Part shown: positions 13,241-26,767 of the stretch, in pieces
Layout: every line of letters begins with the position of its first letter
Position numbering within the stretch: position 1 is the stretch's first letter
NCBI RefSeq assembly: GCF_030684315.1
Contig: NC_081378.1
Coordinates: forward strand, 24,290,571-24,354,570
From: Stegostoma tigrinum
Taxonomy: Eukaryota
Direction: 5' to 3'
Length of the DNA: 64,000 nt
Notes under the pieces: generated by a model
What the model was told of the DNA's origin: nothing
Database searches by the model: none
The model's input: only the letters and a program-made list of their open reading frames with translations
Made by a program: the position numbers and the translations under genes

Positions 13241-15324
13241 GAGACATCAGTGTTCAACAGGACCAGACCAGTTAATCCTCAGCTTCTGGATACACAGCGG
13301 GGTCTTCACCTCCTTAGAACTGGATCTCTATTCTATTCTCTCTGCCTTGTGAAAAGGCATTTTGTTGAGAAGGCTTGTTGTGTTACTTCCCTTGTTGCTC
13401 AGAGGTCCAAGCTATAGCTGCACAAGTTGCTTATCATACTGCAATGAACGCTAACTGCAAAGGAGTTAGTATGAATGAATGTATACTTTAAAACAATTGA
13501 AAGTAACTCCAAAGAGCATCAAAATTGACATTTCATGTAGTAATTTCAGTCTATAAAGGCAAAGTCAAACAAAAGTTTAACAAATTCAGTCTTAAAACAT
13601 GCCAGTTTCATAGAACTTGTTGCTGTGCTCTCATGTCACGGACCCTCACAAAATACAGTGAACTTTGTGAATCCATTTACCAGCTGTTCAAACCCGATTG
13701 CAGTGTTAAAGTAAAACTTCATTATTTATTTGAATAACTTTCACAGCTGCTGCAAGGGGAAGCTCCACATACTGTCACACTTGGAAGTGGGCAGGATAAT
13801 GGTGAGTCCTTGGCACGATGCCACGTTTTGATGATTTAACACCCGGTTTCTCTTCCTTTGTGTATTTGTATTCCCAAATACAAATGTTCCTTTACACCAT
13901 GTGCATTTTCACTTTCTAAGTGATGTTAGAGTTATTTTATCCCTCTAAAATATATCTATTTAGTCTACATAAAAATTCATTGGCAGAATGGACATACAAT
14001 TGGCAAGTTTATTAATACCTTCTTGAAATTTGTTGTAGCTCCCTCAGTGTTGTCCACCTTTCTTACTTAGGTAATGTATGTAAGTTCAGAAATTTTGTTT
14101 GATTCCCAGTAAATACATTAGTTATGTCAACTGCGAACAATGACATTCCCAACACTAATTTTTGTGAATCCTACTTTCTACTGCTTTGAACAGCCACTCT
14201 TCACTCATACTCTCTGCTCTTTAGTCAGTCAACTATTCATTCTGCAGTTGCCCCAATTCTGCATGCTCTGATTTCACCATTAATCCAACATATGATACCC
14301 TATGTAAGGCATTCTGAAGATAGAAATATATTACATATACTGCATTACCTCTGTTTCCTCTATGTTACCTCTTCAAAGAATTCTGTAAAAATTTGAAGAA
14401 CAAAATATTCCTTTGAAATCCAAGAGACAGTTCATTACTATATTTTTGGTTGAGATGATTTTCTATTTTCTCCTTTAGTAGGGACTCAAATATATTTTAT
14501 CTACAGTTAGTTCTAAGCTGACTGGTTCATTTTGCTCTGGATATGATAGATCTCTCATCTTAAACAAAGGTATTATGGTCCAGATATTCAAATCAGAATA
14601 GGAAACCCTATTTTTGATTCTCATCAGATTAAAGTTACCATTAATGCTAAAATGACTTCTGTGTTGGAAATTCCTTGTCAGGAGCCTCCTGTTACAAATC
14701 TCCTGTCTAAGAATTGACAAACCAAACAATGCCTTAATTTTGTCAGTTTGCCCTGTTCTGGGAATTAAATGCCCAGCAGCACAACCGGTCATTTTGACAG
14801 TCCCTGTGAAAGGTTAAGTGTGTAAGGTAAGTGATGGGGTAGGGTGCAAAGCTAGATTTGTGAAGCAGATTTTACAGGAAGTCTGGGTTGTGTTGGTCAG
14901 ATCAAGGGGTCAACTGTCAGAGTGGGATTCCCAGGTCTCACAAAATTGGAGTGTCTGGACAGGGAGCAAACTTTGTGATTTCCCACAAGGGGGAACTAAA
15001 AGTCAGTTTAATAGCCATATCCAAGAGTGAGAATAGTTTTTGGTCCTCCAACTTTTCCTACATCATAATAAGCCTAAATCCGCTAGTTTCCAATTGTAAA
15101 AATGAGTGATTTCAAAGCGTTTCAAATGCAGGGAAGTTGTCCATCGGAGTTTTTAACTTCCTCAAAATTCCCCAAAGAGTCTGTTGAATTGAGAATCCTG
15201 CATCATTCCAATGTGCAACTCCAGTCCACAATCCTGCAATGACCATCTAGCCATCAGAATATCTGCAGTTACCATCTATTTTTCAAGTTTATTTAGGATG
15301 CAATTTGTCTAGATTGGGTTTGAT

Positions 15325-15880
15325 CGTAAGACATAAGAGCAGAAGCAGGTCTTTCAGCCCACTGAGACTGCTCCACCATCCAACGAGATAACAGTGGATC
15401 TGATATTCCTTCACTTACTTGCATTTAACTTCAATTTCTTTACTTATTTTCTTTAGGGTCATAGCCACATAGTCATACAGCATGGAAACAGACCTTTCAG
15501 TCCAACCAGTCCATGCTGACACAATCCCAAACTATATTAGCCCCACCTGCCCGATCCTGGCCCATATCCCTCCAAACCTTTCCTATTCATGTATCTTTCC
15601 AATTCCCAGCACTTCCTCAGGAAGTTCATTCCACATGCGAACCACCCGCCGTGTAAAGAATTTGCCCCTCTCGTCTTTTTTAACATCTCTCTCCTTGCAC
15701 CTTAAAAATTTGCCCCCTGTTCTGGAGAAAAGACAATTACCTTTAACTCCATCTAAACCCCTTTTATAAACTTCTATAAGGTCACCTCTCAAACTCCTAC
15801 ACTTCAATGATAAACATCCCAGCCTATCCAGCCTTCCTTTGTAATTCAAACATCCATACCCAGCGTCATCCTGGTAAGTC
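15325..15880 (-). mobile_element. CR1-type LINE 3' fragments
   Basis: ORF 15583-15849 RLDRLGCLSLKCRSLRGDLIEVYK...FFTRRVVRMWNELP. Confidence 0.85.
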
Positions 15881-16479
15881 TCTTAAAAATGTCTATCTCA
15901 GCCCCAAGTATACTTAAGCAATCGCCTTCTATGGTTGAAAAAAAATTCTACAAATCCACTACTTTCCAACAGAAGTTCCTCGTCGCTTTCTTGAAAGGGC
16001 GATTCCTGAGTCTGAGATTGTGCACTCTCCAGCAAGGTGTAAACAACCTGTCTGCATCTACATTGTCAAGTCCCTTAAGAATACTGTGTGCTTCAATAAA
16101 TTTGGCTGTAAATATTCTAAATTCCAAATGACCACTGGCCGCCCTATACTCAACCTCTCCTCAGACGTTCTCTTCGTAATTAGGATCAGTTTAGTGAATG
16201 ATTTGAACTTATCCAGAATTTGATTAATTCATTTTAAATATAATTGCATAATTGTTAGCCTGTTGATGTCATGTGCACTTGTTCTGCATCCAGGGTAAAT
16301 ACTGAAGCAAAATAATTGTAACATTCCCACCATTTTGTCATCACTTTGAATTCCCACAAAAGCAACCTTCTAACCTGGCTTGTCACATATTTGAAGGGAT
16401 TGTTTACCTTATAGTTCATGTGCATCATAACACCCTAATCATTAAATGCTGTAAAATAAAATGACTTCCTTTAACGTAC

Positions 16480-16572
16480 TCCTTTATTAGAGGTCTGTAT
16501 GTCCACATTTCCATGGATTGTTCCTCGACAGATCACTTTTCCACCTTTGCTATGGACTTGGACCTTATGGGC
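16480..16572 (-). CDS. FAM185A: FAM185A coding exon 3
   Basis: attcAG|...|GTacgt, 93 bp, phase 0-0; AHKVQVHSKGGKVICRGTIHGNVDIQTSNKG vs recalled human GQKLHVQTKGGKVICLGTVYGNIDIHASDKS. Confidence 0.92.
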
Positions 16573-19364
16573 CTGAATAGGATAAAAGACAAAACCAGAA
16601 ATCATGCATTCATCAATGAACAAAATCTTCAAAAAGTATAATATTTCTATACAAGGTAGCAAATTGGAATTTATTCTAAACAACCTTGAACCCAACCCAA
16701 TCAGGTTTCCTACAGATTTATTGTTTTAATCCTGACAACCTTAAGGTTTGTCAATGTGGGGAAAAAAAGGAATTGAACATAATCTGAAAATAACCTGCTG
16801 GAGCTACTGTCACAATATAAAATGTCTAATGTCTTCCCAGTACGGCAATACATTGGTTGAACTTTCTGGTCTGTACTCCTGGCATTATTTTGCTTTGTTG
16901 TTGTTGATAGTTCAGTCTGAAAAGATGAGAGGATTTTAAAAAGATTTTAATTCAAAGAGAAAATGATTGAACAGGGAAATTAAGTGACAGGAAGAGAATT
17001 ATGTACCTATTTTCGTACATGAACCATTAGAAGCCTGTGAACACGAGACCCAGCATTGACATGAAGGGCTAAATGGCCTTCTTTATTTTAAGTTTCCACA
17101 TTCCCTACAGTGTTAAATTCAGTAAGATCTGATCAGTTAGTGGAATTTACAAGCGACTAGAAGTGCAAGGTGTGGCATTGCATTAAAACATCTGAAAAAA
17201 ACTAAGTATGCCAAGATTCTGCTGAGGGACTACTGGGCTAATGTGAAAAAAAAATAGATTTCATATATAGTTAGCACATAACTTGGCAGTTTCTTTCTAA
17301 ATATCACTAGGGAGAAGAAAACATACAAGAGATGAAAAGAGTTGTAAGAGACAGAATAAAGCTCAATGGGTCAGAACAAGTTAATAATTTTCTGGGAAGA
17401 GAAACAGTAACAAAAATAATATTTGAATTAATATTATGTATGAGAACAAGAGTAAGGCAAACTTTGAAGACATGATAAATCAATCAACCTCAGTACAGTG
17501 GTTAGTAGCTAAGTCTACAAACAGTGGAAAATATGTAAAGAAGCATGGTATGATTTAGAAACAGAACATTTCCTTAAAAGGATAGGCTCCAATGAGTTGT
17601 TATAACACAAATGGTCAACAAGTCTGGCCAGGGACAGGTTCTAGCTTAGGCAAACAGAAGGATAAGTGGAAATACAACTATGAGCTATATAAAGCCACAA
17701 AAGTATACAAAAAGGAAAAACCATTATCACAAAAATTAAACCAAAAATATTTAAAAGATATCAAAGCTAACAGCAAATTTAATAAGTGCATTAAGCAAGT
17801 GTGGTGTTAGGGAATACATAGCTACCTAAAAAGGTAGGTGTAGACAGAACAATAACAGGCAAGTTTTTTGAAGGAGTATTTTGCATTATTTTCAAAGTTA
17901 AAAAGGACTCATTACACAAGAGTCAAAAATAAGCTGAGGAAGGGATGTTGGTGAATTTAACACAGGAAAAAAAGACGGTATTGAAGAAAATAACGTGAGT
18001 TATGATAGAAACTACAGTGTTGAATAAAGAATTTTCCAAAATGTATCTAGATTCAATTATTAGACCTTTGGTTTAAAGCATACCACTCCATTATATGAAA
18101 TAGAAAGGAGATCGCATCAAGGTAATTGTGACCCAGTAATCATGAGGAAGTTATTGAAATTAGTGAAAGAATGAAAAGTGCATGAAGATCATTTTTGTTA
18201 AGGAAGACCACACCAACTAATCTGTATGAAATATTTTAAAGCAGTCATGAACATGATTGATAAAGACTACCTATGTATGCTATCAATACTGACCTGAGCA
18301 CTGCCAAATAGGAAGACATAGGACTGAAACTTTCGATCTTGCATGCTTCAGAACAAATGCAAAAATGCATAATTTCAGACAAACCATCACAACTATTTAT
18401 ATTACACGAGAAAAGGAGGTCGCTGTTTTAGGTATTTCCAAGGATCAAACAACCATGAACTACAGGTCCTCCTAGCTTCCAGGTAATTCAAAAAGTGCAA
18501 AACTCGCAACATATTCTGTTAGTTGGTACAGAATGCAATCCTGCAAATGATTCATCGATAGCTTCTACTATTTAAAAAAGCTCACTACAGGATCAACTGA
18601 TTATCTTAAATTGGTTGTTAAGAAGCTATTAGCACACTTAGGGTTGTTCAAGAAGTGCTATCCAAACAGAGAAGCACTTGTTTTGCAAGCATGAACTCTG
18701 CCTATTATAAATCAAAGGAACATGTGCAAGACTCAATCAGCCAATCACTGGGATTTATGGCCTGCTTGCTTGGCATCATGCCAGCACTGAAATTGATACA
18801 TGATGTTGCTCAATTCTGTAGTACATAGAACATCTTTTTGGACTGATTGCAACATCCTGTTAATGGAAACTTTCACTTCTATAGCAAATGCAAAGCAGCT
18901 GAGTGAAACAGCTTGCTTAGCCCGTTGTTCATATTTTTTGAGATACTTTACATTTCCCAGGCAATCTGAAGTAAACCAGACACTCATCAGGTAGGAAAAT
19001 GGGGATCCACAGTTCATTTGCAAGTTTTGACATAACACAACAACGAATCATCTGATCAAGATAGCCAATGTCCCAACATACTACCTCTGCTGTGCTCTAT
19101 TTCTACATCAAGCTTGCAAGATGAGCAAGGGCCTATTTAGAAGATAACTGATAAGGCCAATCTTATTACAATAAGTTATATGCAGTGCAACATGTATATT
19201 GACCAGTGAAGCTAGGCTTGTAATAAACAGTAATGAAGAACCAACTAGCAGGTTTCTCAATTATCATGTCAAAACAAAAGTAGAGCATCAGACTATCTGC
19301 TCCTCAGTAGGACGACAAGGTTAATTCTATTATAACAAGATTACACAAGCAGCTTAAACTATAA

Positions 19365-19570
19365 AAGCAAAATACTTTGGATGCTGGAAATCTGAAATAA
19401 AAAGCAAGCAGCAGAGTGACAGCATAATGGAAAGAGAAACAGAGTTAATGTTTCAAGTTCAAAATGAAGTTCTGACAAGGTATCATAGTGAATTTGAAAT
19501 GTCAACTGTTTCTCTTCCCACAGCTGCTGCCTGGCCTGCCGAATGTTTCCAACAATCTATTTTTATTTCA
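19365..19570. mobile_element. Old degenerate fold-back Penelope-derived element
   Basis: gatgctggaaatctgaaataaaa...gagttaatgtttc and ...aatgtcaactgtttctct...gctgctgcctggcctg...ttttatttca form imperfect inverted arms related to family 2. Confidence 0.55.
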
Positions 19571-21236
19571 ATTAGAATATTGGATGTAACCAAATATAAT
19601 GAGATAAGAGGTGTAGGAAGTATCATCATATAAAACTTTTAAAAATTCCAATGAGGTTTGTGGAAAGAAAAATATATAACTGCACCACCAAGAGTATACA
19701 TTCAGTCAAACATTATTTTTCTCATTAACAATTAGCTAATCAATCTTCACGGTCTTTGTGTCAACTGTCAGCAACACAATTGAGAGCTGTATGTGTGAGC
19801 TTTATTAGTATAATAGAAGTGATATTTTTAAAAATATATACAAAGGAAAAATTGTGGCAGAGAGTTACTAAAGTTTTGTTTCATTGACTTTCAGTTTCTA
19901 TTTTCATTATTACATTGAAAAATTATATAGACATTTGATGCATAATCCAGACAATTACATTAAAAACCTGTTTTGTGAAATCAAACAGATGGTTGTAACA
20001 TTCTTAGGACAGAATAGATCATTTATGTTTCATTGAATCAGTATCACTTGTAGTCGATTAGGTTACCCTGCCTTTTTATTAGAATAATAGACTTGGAGGT
20101 AATTTAAAAAATCCTGTTTATTTGAAAGTATACTGACTCTTAGAAAATTTTCTGTGGCAAACAAAACAAACTAGAAACAAAATATCCACAATTGGCAAGG
20201 CTTAATTTCTAAAACTATTTTATCTAAGATCAACATCAGATGTATTTACAGGATGGCCGTTGGTATTGAACATTTATTTTAAATGGCAGTAAAGTCCTGA
20301 ACAAAAATTTTCATGGCTCAGGATCCCTTTCCTGGGACCGAGTTTGAAACCTCAACCTAAACCAGCTTCTGATCTTACTAATTAGAAAAAAATTTCATTC
20401 GCAGTTAGAACACATTGGAGTGAAGGAACACGGATTCACAAAAAAGGATCAAACTATCAAATCACTCAGACTCACCATATTAATCTACAAACTGAGTACA
20501 TTTAAAAGTTACACTAATAAATAGCATAGTTTCACTCCTGTGCCCCATAATAGGGAATGGGATCCTGCTGAGAGACACTGGCCTTCCTTTGGTTTATTTA
20601 TGTAATAGTAAAAGACAGATCTCAGAAGAATAAAATGGAGGACATGAGAATCCTTTCGATGATTCCACTACAGCCAAGGAACACATTATATATTTTGTCC
20701 TTCCAAACATTAACTATGGAAGATTACGGAGTAACATTTGTGGCTAATGAGGATGGTTCCTGAGTAAATTCACTAAAAGAGTAAAAACACCATTCAATTT
20801 TTCTTACTATGCTTTGGTGACAACACATTAAGCAACTCTACCGACAACACTGTTTAACAATAAATGCAACCGGAACAATGACACCTGAATAATTACTGAT
20901 ACAGTGAAAAATATTAAAAATGTAAATTCTTGCATAAGATTAAAAATTCCACCTCCCATTAGCAATCTTAAAGTGACACTTATGCTCAGGAAGCACATGG
21001 CCCAAAGTGTTTTCCCTCCCATCTAATCCAGACAGTTGGAGAACTAGCAAGAGGTTGGAAACACCAGCAGCGAAAGTACTGTGATTTGCAACTGAAACAA
21101 AATACAAAAAGCATGATTTTTGCTCCCCTAGGTACTTCATGCTTTAAATCACAAGCTTGTTGGAAACATTCTACAGAAGTCCAAACAATCCTTGCTCAGA
21201 ATAATCAAATTCAAACTGTATATCTGTTGTTATTTG

Positions 21237-21418
21237 AGATAATGGGCACTGCAGATGCTGGAGAATCCAAGATCACAAAGTGTGAAGCTGGATGAACACA
21301 GCAGGCCAAGCAGCATCTCAGGAGCACAAAAGCTGACATTTTGGGCCTAGACCCTTCATCAGAGAAACCAGAGATGCTGCCTGGCCTGCTGTGTTCATCC
21401 AGCTTCACACTTTTTTTA
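21237..21418. mobile_element. Short fold-back Penelope-derived element, 12-bp TSD
   Basis: TGTTGTTATTTG at 21225-21236 and 21419-21430; minus core ctgatgaagggtctaggcccaaaatgtc (CpG-decayed). Confidence 0.85.
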
Positions 21419-21619
21419 TGTTGTTATTTGTTTGTTAACTATTCCCCCTGGTGGTACATTTCTGTAATTGAGGTTCTGGTTTGCTTAATAATATTAATAC
21501 TCCTATGAATGTTGTGCTATAAAAAGTGTGTTTTGCATTATTCTATTTTTATGTTTTGAATTAATATCACATAATATCATGTGTACCTGAAAAGGGTTTC
21601 ACAATAAACCTGTGGATAT

Positions 21620-22390
21620 TTGTGGCTATGACAATTTCATTTTTCATAAAAGGTCAGAGATAGTTTAGGTAGGCTAATCGGAATGTATTTAAGTTGGGAG
21701 ATTTTAAAAACGACTGAATAAAGCAAACAGCTGTGCAATTTCAGTGTAAGGTTAGGGATTAATTTATTTTCTTTTTTAATTAGATGAAACACTAGTACCT
21801 TGTGGAAAGAAAAACATTTTTAGTTTAAGTTTGTGAAGTTTTTAAAATTTTTGGCTGAAGCTGGATGCGTAAAATAGTTGCCTCAGAGAAAGGGTTCACA
21901 GTAAGATTGTTAATAAAGAGGTTCTTGGGGTGAGTTAGTTTTAAAATTGCAGACCAAAGCCAGTTACAAGTCTGAAGGATTATGTGAAGTTGGCAAAGTC
22001 TAAGCTTGATTATATGAAGAGTCCAAGGAAGTCTCCCTAGACAGAGATGGAAATCACAACTAAATTAAGCCCTAATGATGTGACAGAGAAGGAAATCCTC
22101 TGTGGAGTGAGTAATGTAAAAGGGTTGTTCATAACATTTAATAGAATATTTCTGCATGTGTTTTGAAATCTTTACATGTGTTGGGTGCAAATAGTTTGGT
22201 TAATTCTATTTTATCCACATTTCCTTTGTAATAATATGCTTGTTTTCTTGTTAAATTCAAATTTACAGCATAGTGTTGTGTTTCGTTAAAAGATCACCTT
22301 GTTAAAAATAAAAACCCCACAAAGTGACGTATCAAGCCAGATTTCAATTCGGGATCTGGTTTGTCCAGTAACATCAGCTGGGATCGTATG
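21620..22390 (+). mobile_element. Possible solo LTR
   Basis: AT-rich and non-coding; starts tgtgg and ends ...gtccagtaacatcagctgggatcgta, resembling a Gypsy-type LTR end; no second copy in the window to confirm. Confidence 0.3.
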
Positions 22391-22867
22391 AATTGGCATT
22401 CTCTTTAAATAAAAATCAAACAGATAACTTAATTTTTAGCTCACATTTGAAGTATTCCCGACAAATTGGAATGTCATCAAGATTTACAAACAGGTGCTTC
22501 CAGTATCAAGTACATACAAGCTTATGAAACTTTAAACTCTCGTTCACCTACAAGAACTCCTTGGGGTAAAATTGTTTGCAACACTAAGCCAGCAATATAC
22601 ACTACGTTCTGCATAAATCTCACCATTCATAAATAGTTTCAAAAACTTTCCTTATTTTCTAATCAGACTGAACAAACACATGGGTAAAGCAGGGGAGGCT
22701 TAGCTAATGGCTCCTTCACAGAAGTAGCTATACTTTTCCACATCAAGCACAAACTTTGGGTTTACTAAGACATCGGTCAATAATACACTGTTTCAGTAGT
22801 TAAATACTAAAATATTTATTTCCAAAATCCATTTGTATTGTAAACACTGCAGGATTTCTTTGCCCTC

Positions 22868-24505
22868 TATTCACTCGTGAGACATTGATGTCGCTGGCAG
22901 GACCAGCATTTTCCCCTGATCTCTAGTTACCCTTGAGCAGGTGGTGGTGAGCAGTCTTCTTGAACCACTGCAGTCCACATGCCATAGTTTGACTCTCAAT
23001 GCCGTTCGAGAGGGTATTCCGGGAGTTTGAACCAGCAACGGGAGATATTTGTAAGTCAGGATGGTGACTGACTCGGAGGTGAACTTACAGATGGGGCTGT
23101 TGCCATATATCTTCTGTCCTTGTGATTCTAGATGAAAGTGGTCATGGGCTCGATAGGTGCTATCTGAGGATCTTTGGCAAATTTCGGCCATGAATCATGT
23201 AGATGGTACATAGTACTACTACTGAGCATCAGTGGAGACACCGATTAGCACCACATCCACAGACAAGGAAGTGGCTGCTTTGTTCTGCATGATGTCAAGC
23301 TTCTCGAGTGCCGCTGGAGCTGCACTAATCCACAAAAGTGAGGAATATTCTGTCACGTGTGCCTTGTAAACAGAGGTTAGGCTTTGGAGGGGCCTGTAGC
23401 CAAGTTACTCACTATAGTATTCTCAGCCACTGACCTGTTCTTTTCACCACTGTATTCAAAATGGAAGCTCCAGCTGAGTTTCTGGTAACTCCCAGGTTGT
23501 GATAGTGGGGATTTGGCAACGGTCACACCATTGCATGTGAAGGAGCAATGGTTAGAGATGGTCATTGCCTGGCACTTGTGGTGTGAATATTACTTGCCAT
23601 TTGTCAAGCCCACGATACAAGGTCTTGTTGCATTAAGCCACGGGCTGTTTCAGAATCTGATGAGTTGCGAATGGTGCTTAAAACGCACAGTGAATATCCC
23701 CAGGTCTGACCTCGTGATGAAGCAGCTGAAGATGGCTGGATCTAGGACATTACCAGGAGGAACTCTTGCAGAGACATTCTGGTGCGGAGATGACTGATAT
23801 CCACCAACCGCAACCATCTATGTGCCATGTATGTCTCCAGGTAGAGGACAGTGATCCTTGACTTCTAGTGCTTCGTGATACCAAAATAGGTCAAATGCAG
23901 CCTCGATATTAGGGGCTGTTACTCTCACCTCCCCTCTTTTGCCCATAATTTGAACCAAGGCTGCAACGAGATCAGGAGCCAAGTGGTGCTGGTGAATCCA
24001 AACTGGGCATCGGTGAGCAGGTGCTGCTTGATAATACTGTTGATTCACCTTACATCACTCCACCGAAGAGAGTAGACTGATGGGGTGATAATTGTTTGGG
24101 CTATAGCTACACTGGAATAGCTACGTTAGGACAGTGGCAAATTCTGAAAAACAAGGTCTTCAGCACCATTGCCAGAATGTTGTCAGGGTCTGTAGCCTTG
24201 ACAGTATCTAGTGCTTCCAGCTGTTTCTTGATAACACATGGAGTGTATCTGGCTGATGTGCTGGACTCTCCCATCATTGAGGAAGGGGATATTTGAACAG
24301 CCTCCTCCTCTGGTAAGTTGTTTCATCAGCCACCACCGTTCATGACTAGATGCAATAGCACTGTCGTACTCTGATCCGATCTATTAGTTCAAAGATCACT
24401 GAGCTTTGTCAGGCACTTGCTGTTTTTGCTCTTTGGCACCCAAGTAGTCCTGTTTTGTAGCTTCACTAGGTTGGCACCTTGATTTATTAATGCCGCAGAG
24501 ACCAT
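22868..24505 (-). mobile_element. L2/CR1-clade non-LTR retrotransposon fragment (RT to 3' end)
   Basis: Remnants HLAPDLVAALVQ...GEVRVTA.NIEAAFD (RT motif region) and EATKQDYL shared with 59678-60268. Confidence 0.75.
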
Positions 24506-24629
24506 ATGGAGATTGTAAAGGAGGATGAGCAGCAGGGAATTGGAGAGAGGTCTCCCATCCTCCTTGACCCTCCTGGAAAAGGAACCACTCCTCAGTGTCA
24601 CAAAGAAGAGGAGATGAAACCCTCCTGAT

Positions 24630-25606
24630 AATTAAACCAAAACACAAGCCCCCAATCTGGTTATGCCAGAAGTAGAGGTTCCCTTATAATTAAACCCGAA
24701 ACACCCAGAGAAGCTCACCTCACCTTTGAGCTATTTTTAAAAAAAAGTGGTTAAAATGAAAAGAAAATCCCTGATATTTACTTTATAAGTGACGAGTGAC
24801 AATTTAATTTATTTAACCCTAACAGTGAACAAATGAACACAATTACTAACAAACCAAACTATTCCTTAACTACTAACTATTCTCTAACTTAAAATTCTAC
24901 TGGTACGCTGTTCCAATAAACACAAGTCCTACTTATATAAACCAAAGTAATAAAGATGATAAATTAAAAAAACCTTAGTTTCTCAAAGTCTACATGCCTT
25001 TCTTCTGCTGTTCTCAAGTCATAAATGCCTTTTATCTTCCCACTGGTCTGGCTGTCAAGGATATTTTCTCTGTGAAGTCTTTGAAGACTCTTTAGGTAAA
25101 AGTGTCATGGTACCTTTTATGGATAGATGATGCTTTCTGAGAGAGCAATTTCTTATGAGAGCACGATGCTTATTTCTCAGATGGCAGTTTGCTCTCACAC
25201 TGATTTTCAAATTCCTCTCCGTACATACCTGGGATGATACATGAATTTTCTTACACTAGCATTAGTCCGAGATGGTCAAAACAGTCAGATTTAAATTCAT
25301 TTGACTTTCAATCGCTTAATGCTTTGTTTAAATTAATTGGCTGATTCCAGCTAATTGCCAAAAACATCAAAACAAGCTCCAGGTTTCCAATCACACAGCC
25401 AATTGATACATGGCGTCCATTTCAGAACTGGCTGTACATCAGCTACATACAGACACTTATTTCTCTCTGTATAAATCGCTAAGCTTAGAAAAGCACTTTA
25501 CTTCTTACAAGGCACCACGCACACTTCTCCCTCTATTAAAAACAGAAAAGAAATTTCTGGCTTCCTGCCTTCCAATTTAGCATTACTCTACATAACTTCG
25601 TAACAT
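24630..25606 (-). mobile_element. Possible LTR / LTR-element leader
   Basis: AT-rich block ending ...cataacttcgtaaca (TG-start on minus), with an internal direct repeat ataattaaacc(a/c)(a/g)aaacac; family not identified. Confidence 0.3.
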
Positions 25607-25823
25607 CAGGAACAGGAGATATAAAAACTATTACCACCCCCTAGCAAGGAGGTACTGGCACACCACTGAAAACCACTCTTCCTGCTCCTAAGCCCCACCA
25701 CAGTCCCCCGCACAACAGGGCTGGGCGCCTCAGACTAAGGTGGCATGGCCATGGAGTTCACTCCCACACCTTAATACCTGGCATGCCCAAGGAGCTGCCT
25801 AACCTGACAGAGACCACAGTGAT

Positions 25824-26767
25824 AACAAAGTGTGGAGGTGGATGAACACAGCAGATCAAGCAGCATCTTAGGAGCACAAAAGCTGATGTTTCGGGCCTAG
25901 ACCCTTCATCTGAAAAGGGGGATGGGGAAGAGGATTCTGAAATAAATAGGGAGAGAGGGGGTGGTGGACCAAAAATAGATAGAGAAGATAGGTGAAGAGG
26001 TAGGGAGGGGATAGGTCAGTCCAGGGAGGACGGATGGATAGGTCAAGGGGCAGGGATGAGCTTAGTAGGTAGGAAATGGAGATGTGGCTTGAGGTGGGAG
26101 GAGGGGATAGGTGAGAGGAAGAACAGGTTAGGGAGGCAGGGACGTTTTGGGATGCAGTGGGGGGAGGGGAGATTTTGAAGCTTGTGAAATTCACATTGAT
26201 ACCACTGAGCCGCAGGGTTCCCAAGCGGAGTATGAGTTGCTCTTCCTGCAACCTTCGGGTGGCATCATTATGACACTGCAGGAAACCCAGGATGGACATG
26301 TCATCTAAGGAATGGGAGGGAGAGTTGAAATGGTTCACGAGTGCGAGGTGCAGTTGTTTATCAAGAACTGAGCGTAGGTGTTCCGTAAAGCGGTCCCCAA
26401 ACCTCCGCTTGGTTTCCCCAATGTAGAGGAAGCCATGCCGGGTACGGCGGATGCAGTATACCACATTGGCAGATGTGCAGGTGAACATCTGCTTGATGTG
26501 GAAAGTCATCTTGGGACCTGGGATGGGGTTGAGGGAGGTGGTGTGGGGGAAAGTGTAGCACTTCCTGCGGTTGCAGGGAAAAGTGCCGGGTGTGGTGGGA
26601 TTGGAGGGGAGTGTGGAGCAGACAAGGGAGTCCCGGAGAGAGTGGTCTCTCTGGAAGGCAGAGAAGGGTGGAGATGGGAAAATGTCGGTGGTGGGGTCAG
26701 ATTGTAGATGGCGGAAGTGTCAGAAGATGATGCGTTGTATCTGGAGGTTGGTAGGGTAGTACGTGAG
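25824..26767 (-). mobile_element. 5'-truncated Penelope-like retroelement (GIY-YIG endonuclease + terminal repeat)
   Basis: ORF 25868-26509 FTCTSANVVYCI...FLYIGETKRRFGDRFTEH...HFN...LGTL..SGIN is a PLE GIY-YIG domain; flanked by gagaccacagtgat (25810-25823) and gagactgcagtgat (26768-26781). Confidence 0.9.
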